A stretch of DNA of 37,376 nucleotides from Macrostomum lignano (lineage: Eukaryota), in assembly GCA_002269645.1 (NCBI GenBank), contig NIVC01000105.1, positions 1 to 37,376 on the forward strand. The letters run 5' to 3'. Under the pieces are notes generated by a model. The model ran no database searches. It worked only from the letters and a program-made list of their open reading frames with translations, and was not told the origin of the DNA. Position 1 is the stretch's first letter; every line of letters starts with the position of its first letter. Shown here piece by piece: positions 1 to 10,421 of the stretch. The translations under genes were made by a program, and so were the position numbers.

Positions 1-218
1 CAGCCAACAATGCTAAACATAATAAGACAATAGAAAGCATTGAACGGCAAAAACTAGAAGAGTGAAAAAGGCTCAAGGGAGTGGAGTATTAGTTGATGCG
101 GCTAAAAGAGTCGAACAAAGTACCAGCCGCAGAAGCAGTCAAGGTGGCTGCTAAAGACGTTTAAAGTTGAAAAGAGAAACAGGGTAATGGGATAATTCTT
201 AGACCTCATGAAGCTTAG
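1..218 (+). pseudogene. C-terminal part of a Polinton core protein (pX/'cupiennin'-like), frameshifted
   Basis: Manual translation across shifts gives ANNAKHNKTIESIERQKLEE / KAQGSGV / KEKQGNGIILRPHEA*. This resembles the Maverick core-protein pattern 'RHNKTME...GKGLYLKP' and has GxG adenain-type sites. Confidence 0.55.
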
Positions 219-237
219 TTGAAATTTCTCTTATAAA

Positions 238-1609
238 ATGTGAGAACAAAAAGGATATACTGAGCATATATGAGGACATGAGAAAAAAAACTTTTAGCTT
301 TTTTCAAAAGAAAGAAGACTATATTAAGATTTCTCCAACTCCAGGTAGCACTAATAATCTCAATGTTTAGGAGGTCAAATAGTTCATGAAGTCAATTCAA
401 AGAGTCATACATTCTCATGTCAGAGGCATCGGCGTTGTATAAAATACTCATAACACAACGAGATAACACCGACTTGAATACGAACATTACTCTAGAACAT
501 AATTGGCCTATGAGACTTTTCCTCAACTCATAGTTGACATTGGGAGGAACAAAAAAGTCTATAATGATCCTGGAGAATATGACACAATCTTAAAGTCCGT
601 AATGTACTCAAAATTAATGAATGAAGTTGGAGAAGCATACGGATGGATTCCAGACACTGGAGATGCTGGGACTGTTTCTGATATACCCTAGCAAACAACG
701 CAGATGCTGAAGCTGTGAGAAACTGCAGCAATCGCTATGAAAAATAGACTCAATAAGAAGGATTCGAATACTGGATACATTAGGAGGCTTGAAAATTATA
801 ACAATGTCACTAATGCTCCAAACAGAGGTGGAACAATCAAACTATCATTAACACCTCTCATTGGGTTCCTTGATTGGCAGAAGATTAGCAAAGGAATTAA
901 ATATAAATTCACATGGACAAGAAAGACTAACGATGCTGAAATTTTCTTTGGAGCTGCCGGGACGGAAGCTAAGTTAACTATTAATAGCTTTGAGATTTGG
1001 ATCCCTGCTATTACTTTGTCACCCAGTGCTGAAGCAGCTTTTCTAAAATCACTCAACAAGGACATTACAGTATCATTTCCAGAGAGGGTAACGGTTCCAC
1101 CACAACTCATTCAAGGAAGTCCATATACATGGAACATAGCCAACATCTCCAATATGCCACTTGCAATCTTTGTAGCTTTCAAATATGACGTAAACAACCC
1201 ATCATATATAGTTAATGATCACAAGTATGTGTCTTACAAAACTGGAGCAAATTCAGTGAAAATAACCCAGCTTCAAGTCAGATTAAATCAGGTGATGTAT
1301 CCGAATGATTATGTTGAAATTGATCCAGTAGCTCAAGACATTCACAGAGCGTATGAAATGTACGAAGACATCTGCAGCCGTTTCGGTGTAACTCCTCCAT
1401 TCAATAAACAAGACTTTCTAACCATCTATCCAATCTTTTGCTTTGATCTAACAGCTCAAGATGAGTTTCTGGTCAAGAGTGGAGTGAATATTCAATTATT
1501 TATCAAGAAGTCAACAAATGTTGAGCTGACTGCTTTTGCACTAATTCTTGAACAAACAAAGAATGTAATAAAAGTTACCAGTGAATATCAAATGACCCGC
1601 GTCGAATAA
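238..1609 (+). pseudogene. Double jelly-roll major capsid protein (MCP/PY), disrupted
   Basis: ORFs 503-691 and 737-1609 plus upstream shifted fragments (EDYIKISPTPGSTNNLN, ESYILMSEAS, ITLEHNW) give the Polinton MCP pattern: YGWIPDT, NTGYIRR, LIGFLDWQKISKG, QLQVRLNQVMYP, AYEMY, YPIFCFDLT. Several frameshifts and stops in the 5' third. Confidence 0.85.
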
Positions 1610-1630
1610 GGTCATTTTTTCTTTTTTTAA

Positions 1631-2401
1631 ATGCCCAAAGTAAAATTTCAGCATGATCCTATTTTCCCTAATCCTCTTTTATGTTGTATTATCGGCGCTA
1701 CAAATACGGGTAAAACATATTTACTATTCCATATTCTTACAAGTCCTGAAAAACTAGTTGACTTTAATGAGTTAGTTTTATATGTTCCCAGAGCATCTCA
1801 AATGGATCCAGAGTATCAGTTTCTAAAATATGGCTTTGAAAATGGTCTCCCACCTTCTCTTATCAACTCACTCTATCATGTCTACCAGGTGAGTGAGGAT
1901 GCATCTCCTGAAGATATTAACATATTTGTCGAGAGGCAGCCACCCTGGTGAGTGCAAAGCACATCAGAAAATTCAGAAGTAATAGAGAAAATTTCTGTCA
2001 CTCTTTCCCATACTCCAAATGAAGAAATTTTTCATAATGGACTAAAGACATGTGTGATATTGGACGATGTTTTGGGAGAGGCTAATCAAACATTTCAGGA
2101 AAGTCTGTTTCAGAGAGGCAGGCATGGAAACTGTTGTGGTTTTTATCTAGCTCAAAATTTTACCAAACTAGATCGCAATACTGTCAGGGAGAATACGACA
2201 TGTTACATAATCTTTAAACAAAAAGATACAAACTTAAATCACATTGCTAGAAATATAGAAACGAATTATGAACCCGCTATATTCAAGGCTAAATGTAGAG
2301 AGGCTTGGAAAAAGAAGTATGGCTATATCTATATAAATACAAGAGCTGATGAGGATGAGCAAGATTTGTATAAGGATGTTCTAACTAAAATCCCATTGTA
2401 A
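1631..2401 (+). pseudogene. A32/FtsK-like genome-packaging ATPase with one in-frame TGA
   Basis: Walker A GATNTGKT, Walker B CVILDD, and RGRH and LAQNF motifs. ORFs 1631-1951 and 1952-2401 are in the same frame, separated only by TGA at 1949-1951. Confidence 0.9.
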
Positions 2402-2403
2402 AA

Positions 2404-3132
2404 ATGACTAATGAATATATAAGAGAACTCATTAATTTAGCAAAGCAGCGAGAAATGTACAAATCCAGAAATGATGCTCAACGCTATTTGAAAATTGGAG
2501 AAGAGAGTTTATATGCAAGAGTGGCTCCATTAGCTCAAAAACCTGTCACAGAAAAGCTCGATGAATTTATTGATTTCAATGCCAACCTTGTTGATAAACT
2601 TCAGAATCAAAAAGTTCCAGTTCCGCAATCAAGTACACCAAAAGGCGATTTGAACCCTGAAGTATTTGACAAAATAATTGAAGAAATTGGAAAGATTCCA
2701 ATAACTCAAAGACCAGCGCCTAGTATACGGATTCAAAAAACTGATGCTGGATATATATTTGGATCATCTGTAATAGAGGTTGAATTCCATGAACAAGGTC
2801 GGACATCATTGTCAACGAATTCCGAATGCCATTTTCTGAAGATCTTGAAGAGTTGTTCAAAATGCCTAAAGTAACTGAAAATGGTGAAGAGCTGAAGCAA
2901 TTCAAGATGCAAACATTGCAGGATTATGTTAACCTCATTGAACACTTGTAAAAATCCAGCGGCCAAATCAAGTGGGAATTATAAGCAAGCAGTAAGGATA
3001 TTGAAAGATAATCCACCAGGATATCGAGTAAAACCGGGATCTGGACTCAGTGAAAGAGTGTTGACATTACTAGCCGCAAAAGCAGAGGGACATAACAATG
3101 TTGATAAAGAGCTAGTAGAATTACTTGCTTAA
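2404..3132 (+). pseudogene. Conserved Polinton protein (PZ/'GasderminX'-like), two frameshifts
   Basis: N-terminus LKIGEESLY...KPVTEKL, a shifted middle segment SDIIVNEFRMPFSEDLEELFKMP, and C-terminus GSGLSERVLTLLAAKAEGHNNVDKELVELL, which resembles the Maverick 'L.RL.LL.AS..AGN...NEI' motif. Confidence 0.6.
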
Positions 3133-3164
3133 AAAAAAAAGAAATAGAAAAAGTCAACATCCTC

Positions 3165-3923
3165 TTGAGTAAAAAGTTTCAACGCACATTTGACTTCTTT
3201 TCAATTAAAAACCCATTTCGACAAACTCTAGGCACTCCGATAAATTTGTATGAAGATCGAGAATACGAAGCTGGTATAAAAAAGTTTGCAGTCTTTGATG
3301 CTATTAACAATATTGAAGGAGGCAATAATGAGTTGCGATACTCGAGGGATAGTGGTAGAACATGGAAGAAAATAAAGATTCAAGCAGGATCTTGGGAAGT
3401 TAAAAGTCTGTCAAGCGAGATTCAAAGATTGCTAACAGCTGCAAATGATTGGAAAGAGGGGGCTATTGTTTTCAGTGCAAGCCTAGACACGCGTAGGGTT
3501 GAGTTACGGTTAGCCACAGAGTATCAAGTTGATTTCAGGGATGCACATTCCAATAACTTTAGAAGACTGTTGGGATTCAATTCGGAAGTGTATTTGAAAC
3601 CATTTGAGAGAGCTCCAAATCCAGCTCGGATAGACGGAGCTAGAAGTGCGATCATGGTTCGTTGTCTCAATATCAAAGGGGGTTTTATCACTGATCCAGC
3701 CAATGGAAATCATTTAATTGATAAGCAAATACTTCTTTCAATTCCATCGTTCTCTGTCCCAATGGGAAGTAAAATTATTCAAGAGCCTGCAAATCCTGTG
3801 TACCTACCACTAACTACAAACATGTTGAGCACATTCGACTTTGTCATCGAAGATGAGTCTGGTGTTCTATACGACTTTGATGGCGAGGAAATATTTATAA
3901 ATCTACACGTACGACAAATATGA
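3165..3923 (+). CDS. Minor capsid protein (penton, single jelly-roll); ORF open but ATG missing
   Basis: Polinton penton motifs GSWEVKSLSSEI, RRLLGF, IMVRCLNIKGG, VPMGSKIIQEPANPVYLPL, DESGVLYDFDGEE. The frame is open upstream through an A10 run (3131-3140) but has no ATG. Confidence 0.85.
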   Translation: MSKKFQRTFDFFSIKNPFRQTLGTPINLYEDREYEAGIKKFAVFDAINNIEGGNNELRYSRDSGRTWKKIKIQAGSWEVKSLSSEIQRLLTAANDWKEGAIVFSASLDTRRVELRLATEYQVDFRDAHSNNFRRLLGFNSEVYLKPFERAPNPARIDGARSAIMVRCLNIKGGFITDPANGNHLIDKQILLSIPSFSVPMGSKIIQEPANPVYLPLTTNMLSTFDFVIEDESGVLYDFDGEEIFINLHVRQI

Positions 3924-3932
3924 GTGTTAAAA

Positions 3933-4362
3933 ATGAGCGAAGCTGAGACATGGAATGCATTTAAACAAAAGTTTGGGACTGACACTACGACTAATATTGA
4001 TCTGATAAATTGGGCAAAATATCTCAAGTTAAAACCATTTCGCTATGCCATGAGAGATGAAATTGTTGATTTACCACAGTATGGTTACTTTATGACAAAT
4101 ATTCACACTTCGAAAGAACGGGGTATACATCATTCAGCTATCTTTTCAGCTCATGATAAGGTTTATTTTTTTGATTCCTATGCACTACCGCCCACTGGAA
4201 ATTATGGAAAAGTTTAATCACACAAAGAATAGAATATGTGGAGACATGGAAGAACAAATTCAAACTTTAGATAAGAAATTTTGTGGTCAAATGTCGCTGT
4301 ACTTTTTACATCGAATCGATAAAGGAGATAGCTATAATGAAATTTTGCAGCAATTAAAATGA
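3933..4362 (+). pseudogene. Adenain-family cysteine protease, frameshifted near 4190-4200
   Basis: Catalytic His (RGIHH), Asp (YFFDSY) and Gln/Cys (QIQTLDKKFCG) are split between ORFs 3924-4217 and 4153-4362. Confidence 0.88.
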
Positions 4363-5720
4363 GTTACAAGAATACTGCCAATCAATTTGGTTACTCGTCA
4401 AATTCAAATGATATAGCACCTGGAATAACAATAGCGTTAGCTGATGATCGATACATCAATGAAAATGAAGGATATAAGAGAGAGGAAATAGATAATTTAT
4501 TGTTAGCAAAGAGAAATGTTTCAGACTCTTATTCAAAGGAAGATAGTGACGCAATGAATATCACCATGCTACAATTAATTGACGATGCTCATGGGCGCGT
4601 AAACAATGTCTACACAAAAACCGAAACTGACACTAAGATGTATTCTAAAACCGAAATTGACACTAAGATGTATTCTAAAACTGAGATTGACACTTTGTTA
4701 GCAGAAAGGCAAGGTACTGTGGGGGGTACAGAGAGTTCGAAATTAGTCAATATTCTTTCATTACTGACTTCAAACGCTTCCGATCCTGACATGAAAGTGA
4801 CCGCTTCTCATAACTCTTCAGCAGCATATCATGTTGCAGATTCAAACCCAGCTTCAGAATGGAGCAGTGTAGATGACTCAGACAAGTGGATACGAGTTCA
4901 ATTTCTGAAAAGAGCTAGGAAAGTTGTAGAGATAAAGTTGGAAGGAGAGGTGTGGCCTGGTTGGTCTGTTAGTGTGAGCCTAAATGGAACAAACTGGACA
5001 CCTGTTGAACAAAGTGCACCCATTGAACTACGAAGGGGCAATGCACATCTTAGGAAAAAAATACCCAATCCCTCATATTATTTCCATTATTCTCTTAATT
5101 TTTCTGGTTCCGTAAAGCTTACAAAAGTTGAATTACTTGAGAGACAAACAGTGGTTAATGATTTAGTGTGGCCTATAGATAGACTTCAAGCTGTACCAAA
5201 GCTATACGTAGACAATGCACTTGAATCAGTGGAGCTGCGACTAAGGCGGGGACTAGGTTTCAAATCTTATACAGGATATATTCCCCACTAGCAACACGTC
5301 AAAACTATAGAGAAAGGGGTTTCAATGTAGCGTCATCAGGAGCATTTGAAACGTCAGATAATTGGGGTTATATAGTATCTAATTCAGAATGGGCATCGAG
5401 AATGAACCCAATTCTTACATTGAAGTACAACTTCCTGAATCTATTCAAATTTGGAAATTCGGATTGAAAGGAACCAAAGCAGTGGTAGTGAAATTATAAA
5501 AAATCAACCAAAAAGTTTTATTCTGAAAGGAGCAATAACAAGAGAGACTTTAGAATATTTTTTCTACCGAAAATGCTGGTTTAGTTCCTGGAGTGATGAA
5601 GTATTTTGAAGTAGCTTCCACGAAAAATTCTCCGTTATAGAGTGCATATTAATTCAGCCACTGAAGGATCAACTGTTCTTATTGTTTCAGGCTTTCAACT
5701 TTATCCGATTTTAGACATAA
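4359..5720 (+). pseudogene. Fibre/receptor-binding-like protein: YxKxExD repeats plus two F5/8-type-C (discoidin-like) domains, the second one frameshifted
   Basis: ORF 4359-5291 has 10-aa repeats (YTKTETDTKM YSKTEIDTKM YSKTEIDTLL) and a VTAS..AYHV..EW..KWIRVQF..WSVSVSLNGTNWT domain. Downstream shifted fragments (GFNVASS, SEWAS, SYIEVQLPESIQIWKFGLKG, FQLYP) form a second such domain. AATAAA lies near 5797. Confidence 0.6.
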
Positions 5721-5827
5721 TTGTCACATAATTAGACATAATACCATAGTCACCATTAAAACACACAACATAAGCACAAAAACTCCCAACGGGGTCAATA
5801 AACAAAAATTACTATCTTAGGAAGCTG

Positions 5828-6308
5828 GCAAGTAGGCAAACTTCACTCAGTGACTAACGCAGGAATTCGGGTTGTATATTTTTCATCTACTTTTGCTACA
5901 CACAGAAGCAATCTCGCAGAGCAATAATATGGTCGGCTATTGTCCAACCACCGTAGCAAAGCAAGTAGGCAAACTTTACTCAATGAGTAACGCAGGAATT
6001 CGGGGTTGTATATTTTTTATCTTATACTCTTGCTACACAGAAGCAAGCTCGCACCGCAACAATATGGTCGGCTATTGTCCGACCAAGATAGCAAAGCAAG
6101 TAGGCAAACTTCACTCGATGACTAACACAGGAATTCGGGGTTTTATATTTTTCATCTACTCTTGCTACACAGAAGCAAGCTCGCACCGCAACAATATGGT
6201 CGGCTATTGTCCGACCAAGATAGCAAAGCAAGTAGGCAAACTTCACTCGATGACTAACACAGGAATTCGGGGTTTTATATTTTTTATCTTATACTCTTGC
6301 TACACTGA
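5828..6308. repeat. Tandem array of ~3.6 units of 132-135 bp, each with two short hairpins
   Basis: GCAAGTAGGCAAACT recurs at 5828, 5961, 6096 and 6228. Units contain CTTGCT-N7-AGCAAG and TGGTCGG-N7-CCGACCA (perfect in units 2-3, imperfect in unit 1). Confidence 0.95.
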
Positions 6309-6313
6309 GTCAT

Positions 6314-6414
6314 GCATTCCATTCAGACCAAAACGCGAGACCAAAACGCGAGAAGAAAATTTCGAAAAATAAAAAGATAAAAATTGGTCTCGTGTTTTGG
6401 TCTGAATGGAATGC
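6314..6414. repeat. 30-bp inverted repeat (1 mismatch) with 41-bp A-rich spacer
   Basis: 6314-6343 GCATTCCATTCAGACCAAAACGCGAGACCA pairs with 6385-6414 TGGTCTCGTGTTTTGGTCTGAATGGAATGC. Confidence 0.95.
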
Positions 6415-6522
6415 GGGGTCTGACGTTTTGTCATAAAAATATATAAATGAATGGCCACGAGCGGCAAGGTCTAGTAATTTTTCTCTACTAACTTTACCTT
6501 CTTACAAAATATCATTCCTACA

Positions 6523-7099
6523 ATGCCTTCTTTCTCGAATTTGCACGAGAGGCTTACTGCCGCTAGAGCAACTCTTAGAATTCGTGAGCGAAATTTGCGA
6601 CAACACCATAGGAACTCAATGTTTAGAGATATTGCCATCAACATCTTTTTGGAGTATAACCCACAAAATTTGGCTAATGAAGAGCGCTTCTTTAATCAGC
6701 TAAAGGTTAGTTAAAAAGTGTTTTTACATTATAAGGTTTTAAGTTTACAAAAATCATATACGAGCGCACCAAACCCTTTCCTAGAACTACTATCTTCAAA
6801 AACGTCGCGTTCAAGAAGCAGAGAGGCGCTTGGTTGCTTATCGCCAAGATATGGAGCACCAACTAGCTGATATTCAACCAGAGGATAACCCGACTCAAGT
6901 ACAGAACCATCCAGCTCAGCCGGGGAATAATCAAGGGCTTTGTCCAATCTGCCAACACGAACCACGGCCACCAAACGTTACCATGGCATGTTGTCGAGCT
7001 GTGGTTTGTGAAATATGTTATCGCACCGGAATTCAAGAGGGCAACATGGTTAGGTGCCCAACATGCCGCGCTGATATAGAACCATCTAATGCGCCATAA
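6523..7099 (+). CDS. RING-finger protein (putative E3 ligase), predicted 2 exons: 6523-6705 and 6785-7099, ~165 aa
   Basis: C-terminal CPIC-x10-CCRAVVCEIC-x12-CPTC RING-like motif. A 79-bp GTTAGT...CCCTTTCCTAG segment joins ORF 6523-6714 in frame to ORF 6830-7099. Confidence 0.7.
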
Positions 7100-7263
7100 T
7101 TATCAACATGACTTGATATCAAACATTTATTAAGGTAATAATTTAAACAAATATATCATCGCTTTGAGCAGGCCACATTTAGCCCAATGGAGTTTGGCCT
7201 TTGGTGTCTGAAAGTCTTTTTCTGTTCCTGTGTTTATTTTTCTGTTTCTAAAAATAGACAAAA

Positions 7264-7480
7264 ATGTGCCCCGTTACAGATCCACGCAAGCTAAGAGAGT
7301 ATACAATAGGTGAGCCCCTAGAGTACAATGGAGAAGGTATTTTGATACTAGAAGCACCATTCCAACTTACTAAAAGACAATCTACCTCTCATAAGACAGG
7401 CAGGTGCTGCCGGAATCGCAAAGGCAGTCAATAATAAAAAAGCTGCCAATGAAGTAGGCGCAAAAGTAGCGAAAATTTAA
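7264..7480 (+). pseudogene. Second, degraded core-protein-like fragment
   Basis: FQLTKRQ followed, after a shift, by AGAAGIAKAVNNKKAA, matching the Maverick core-protein motif 'GAAGIAKAVN..KAA'. Confidence 0.45.
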
Positions 7481-7494
7481 GAAGACAAAGTATA

Positions 7495-7920
7495 ATGATA
7501 CACAGAAAATGCTAAAGTTGGATTATCTATAGAAATTTGCCCAAAAGAAAGCAAAAATGTTAAATTTTTCATAGAAAAATGGAAGCTAACCCAAATGTTC
7601 GAAATGCACTGCCACAAAAGTATATATGATTCTATTATAAATTTCTCTCAATAAAAACACCAACTCGAAAGGCTCGACTAATTGAAGAAATTGATAAAGC
7701 TTACGATGAATATAAAGCAGAAATATTAAAACACAGCGATTGTAAATGCCCCCCATATTTGTATTCATTCAGAGTATATCTTGCACATGTTGATAAATGG
7801 GCATTGATTTCGAGACAGCACATAAGGAATGATGAATTTTTCGTCATGCTTAAGTTGAACATTTTCAAACTCCCCATAACCCTTGAGAAGTACATTGAAA
7901 CTGATGAATTATATTGTTAA
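7495..7920 (+). pseudogene. Frameshifted hypothetical viral ORF
   Basis: Two consecutive open frames (TENAKVGLSIEICPKES... and TRKARLIEEIDKAYDEYKAEILKH...) joined by a shift near 7650; no recognisable domain. Confidence 0.3.
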
Positions 7921-7936
7921 ATTTATTTTAAATAAA

Positions 7937-10400
7937 ATGGAAAGAAAAAATCAAAACGATTCAAGTTTCTCTCCTGTGATCGTACAGGATCCGCTTCAAA
8001 ACCATGATGTCCCACCACCAAGATTGACAAATTTAAAACAAACAAAATCGTACGATAAACTAATTAATCTCTATGAAGAACTTAATTTTAGATTCGGAAG
8101 TTGCAGTGTAACATGGAATAGTAAAACAAAGAAAAAAATACCATCAGGAATGCCAACCAAAGCAGATAGGAATTCAACCTCACCACCATTTCGACCAGAT
8201 GTAGACAACATGATTTGGATAGATACTAGAAACTCAAATATAACCGTAATCGATATTGATAATGCTGACCTATGCCCTGAGTTGAATGAACTGTGTATGA
8301 CTCATTGTGATTGGGTTGTTCAGACAAACAAGGGACACCACTTTTACTTTAACAAAGTAGATGGATTGAAAGTAACGATTCAACAAAGTGTGGGTTTTGA
8401 TATTCCGCCTTAGTATTTGCTCCACCAGGTTTCTATTATGTCGATGGTGAAATTAGGGAATACAAACGTACAAAGTCCAAATGTTTAATAGACATGCGAG
8501 ATGTAATTCTTGATGAGATAAATAGATTAATAAAGCCACAGGATAAAAAAGAAAACCAAGAACCCGATAAACAGGCACTAAAAAGCACCGTTCCACCACC
8601 CACTTGTGAAGGAGCTTCAAAGTTGTTAAGTATAATACAACACAAAAACCAAGACTATGATTCTTGGTACAAGGTAGCACTTATACTCCGCGACATAGAC
8701 AGTGGTGATGAAATGTACAAAGTATTCACTGATTGGTCAAAAGTAAATTATGATAAGTTCGATTCCGAATCATGTAAAAAGGTGTGGAATAGCACCAGTA
8801 CCAGCTCTGCTGATGCACAGGACAGACTTACTATCGGTACACTAAAGAAATGGGCAAGTGAAGAAAACTATAACAAATATAAGGAATGGAAAAGCAAATA
8901 TGATTATTATGGTAGGATTGAGTTTCTTGATGATAATTTCACTGACGTTAATATAACCAACTTTGTTTATGAATATAAGAAGAATAATATAATTTACAAT
9001 AGCGATGGTATTTACTATTTTGATGATGATAAGTGGAGAGAACTAAGTAGTATAAATGACATATTTCTTAAAATATCACACCTTGTCAGCAGTGAGTTAA
9101 ACCACCGAAAGACTAGACTCGAAATTGCAATTAAGAAGGCGGCTGATGATAAAGAGAAGTTAAAAGCACTTGAAAAGAAACTACAGAGTACAATAAAGAA
9201 TATAAATTCAATACAAGGAGCCAACAAACTCAAACAGGTAACTACTTTGTTCAAAGAGAGGTTTACTAACAATGAAATTGAATTCGACATGAAATGGAAT
9301 TTGCTAGGGTTTAACGATGGAGTATACGACCTCCTTACAGGTGAGTTTCGCGAGTATAGATATGACGATTACGTTACTAAATCGGTGGGATATAATTACT
9401 CGGATGTACTTGGAGTGAGTGATTACGACTATGGCTTCATTGTTAATCTGCATAACCAAATTCATCCCGATCCAGAAAATAGAAAAAGTTGGGAATCCGT
9501 TATAGCCACAGCTCTAATGGGTAAGAATGTTGAAAACTTTATAATGTTTGATGGCGCTGGTGGAAATGGCAAGGGAGTTGAGGACAACCTACTTCTTAGA
9601 ACTCTAGGGTCTGATTATGCAGCACCACTGAGTCCTGATGTTTTGAATTTACCAATAAGAATAGACAGGCCACAACCAGCCCTAGCACAAATTAATAAAA
9701 AGAGGTTGGTTATCAGTCAAGAAGTAAGTGGTGTCTTGAACAATGCATCAATAAAATTACTAACTGGTGGTGGGGTTATCCAAGCTAGAAATTTATATTC
9801 AAGCCAGTGTAATGTCGTTTTACACACAACTCTGATAGTCGAATGTAATAACAAGCCTGACTTTAGACAAAATATTGGAGATGCAGAAAAAAGACGAATT
9901 ATAAATATTAATTACCCATGTAAATATACAGCAGATACCGACATCATTGATCATGCGAAACACATTTATAAAGCCGATTCATATCTTAAGACCGAGGAGT
10001 TTAAGAATAAATATAAGTTTGCTGAGATGAAACACCTACTAGAAATTTTCAAGCAAACAAAGGGTGAAATATATCGATCGAAAAGCGTAATTGAAAACAC
10101 TAATGAATTCATACAGAATTGTAATTGGTTTGCTCACTTCTTTGAAGAGAATTATGAATTTTTAGAAACTGAGGAAAAAACATTTTGCTTATTAGAGAAA
10201 TTTACACTGCCGCAACAGAGAGTGAATACTATAGGACTCTAGCCCAACGTGAGAAACGTGAATTCCAACAACAATACATAACAGATTTCTTCAAGAATCA
10301 CAATGACTATTGTAAGTATTATAAGGATAGATATAGGCGTAGGATAGATGGTAAACAGCAAGAAACTAGAAATGTTCTGTTTTACTGTGTAAAAAAATAA
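7937..10400 (+). pseudogene. D5-like primase-helicase: PrimPol (AEP) + PriCT-2 + D5_N + SF3 helicase + C-terminal domain; two frameshifts
   Basis: AEP motifs VIDID and TNKGHHFYF; shifted LVFAPPG; PriCT-2 DYDSWYKV..WS..KVWNS..TIGTLKKWA; D5_N LLGFNDGVYDL..GEFR; Walker A GAGGNGKG, Walker B ISQE, motif C VECNN. Shifts near 8410 and 10190. Confidence 0.9.
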
Positions 10401-10421
10401 ACGAAGATGTTATCAATGAGA

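Noticed and set aside
1889-1987. GTGAGT donors at 1889 and 1948 could splice out the ATPase TGA, or the TGA could be programmed readthrough
   Set aside because: There is no good in-frame acceptor (only a poor GAG at 1987), the segment looks like normal ATPase coding sequence, and neighbouring genes are also broken, so a nonsense mutation is simpler.
5828-6308. Array as a CRISPR locus
   Set aside because: Whole units are repeated with no unique spacers, there are no cas genes, and the context is eukaryotic.
5872-6372. 166-aa ORF across the array as a real protein
   Set aside because: It stays open only because two units are multiples of 3; the first unit (133 bp) breaks the phase and no domain is recognisable.
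9553-9576. Walker A GNGKG (not GKS/T) as helicase inactivation
   Set aside because: All other SF3 motifs are intact and one substitution cannot be interpreted without an alignment.
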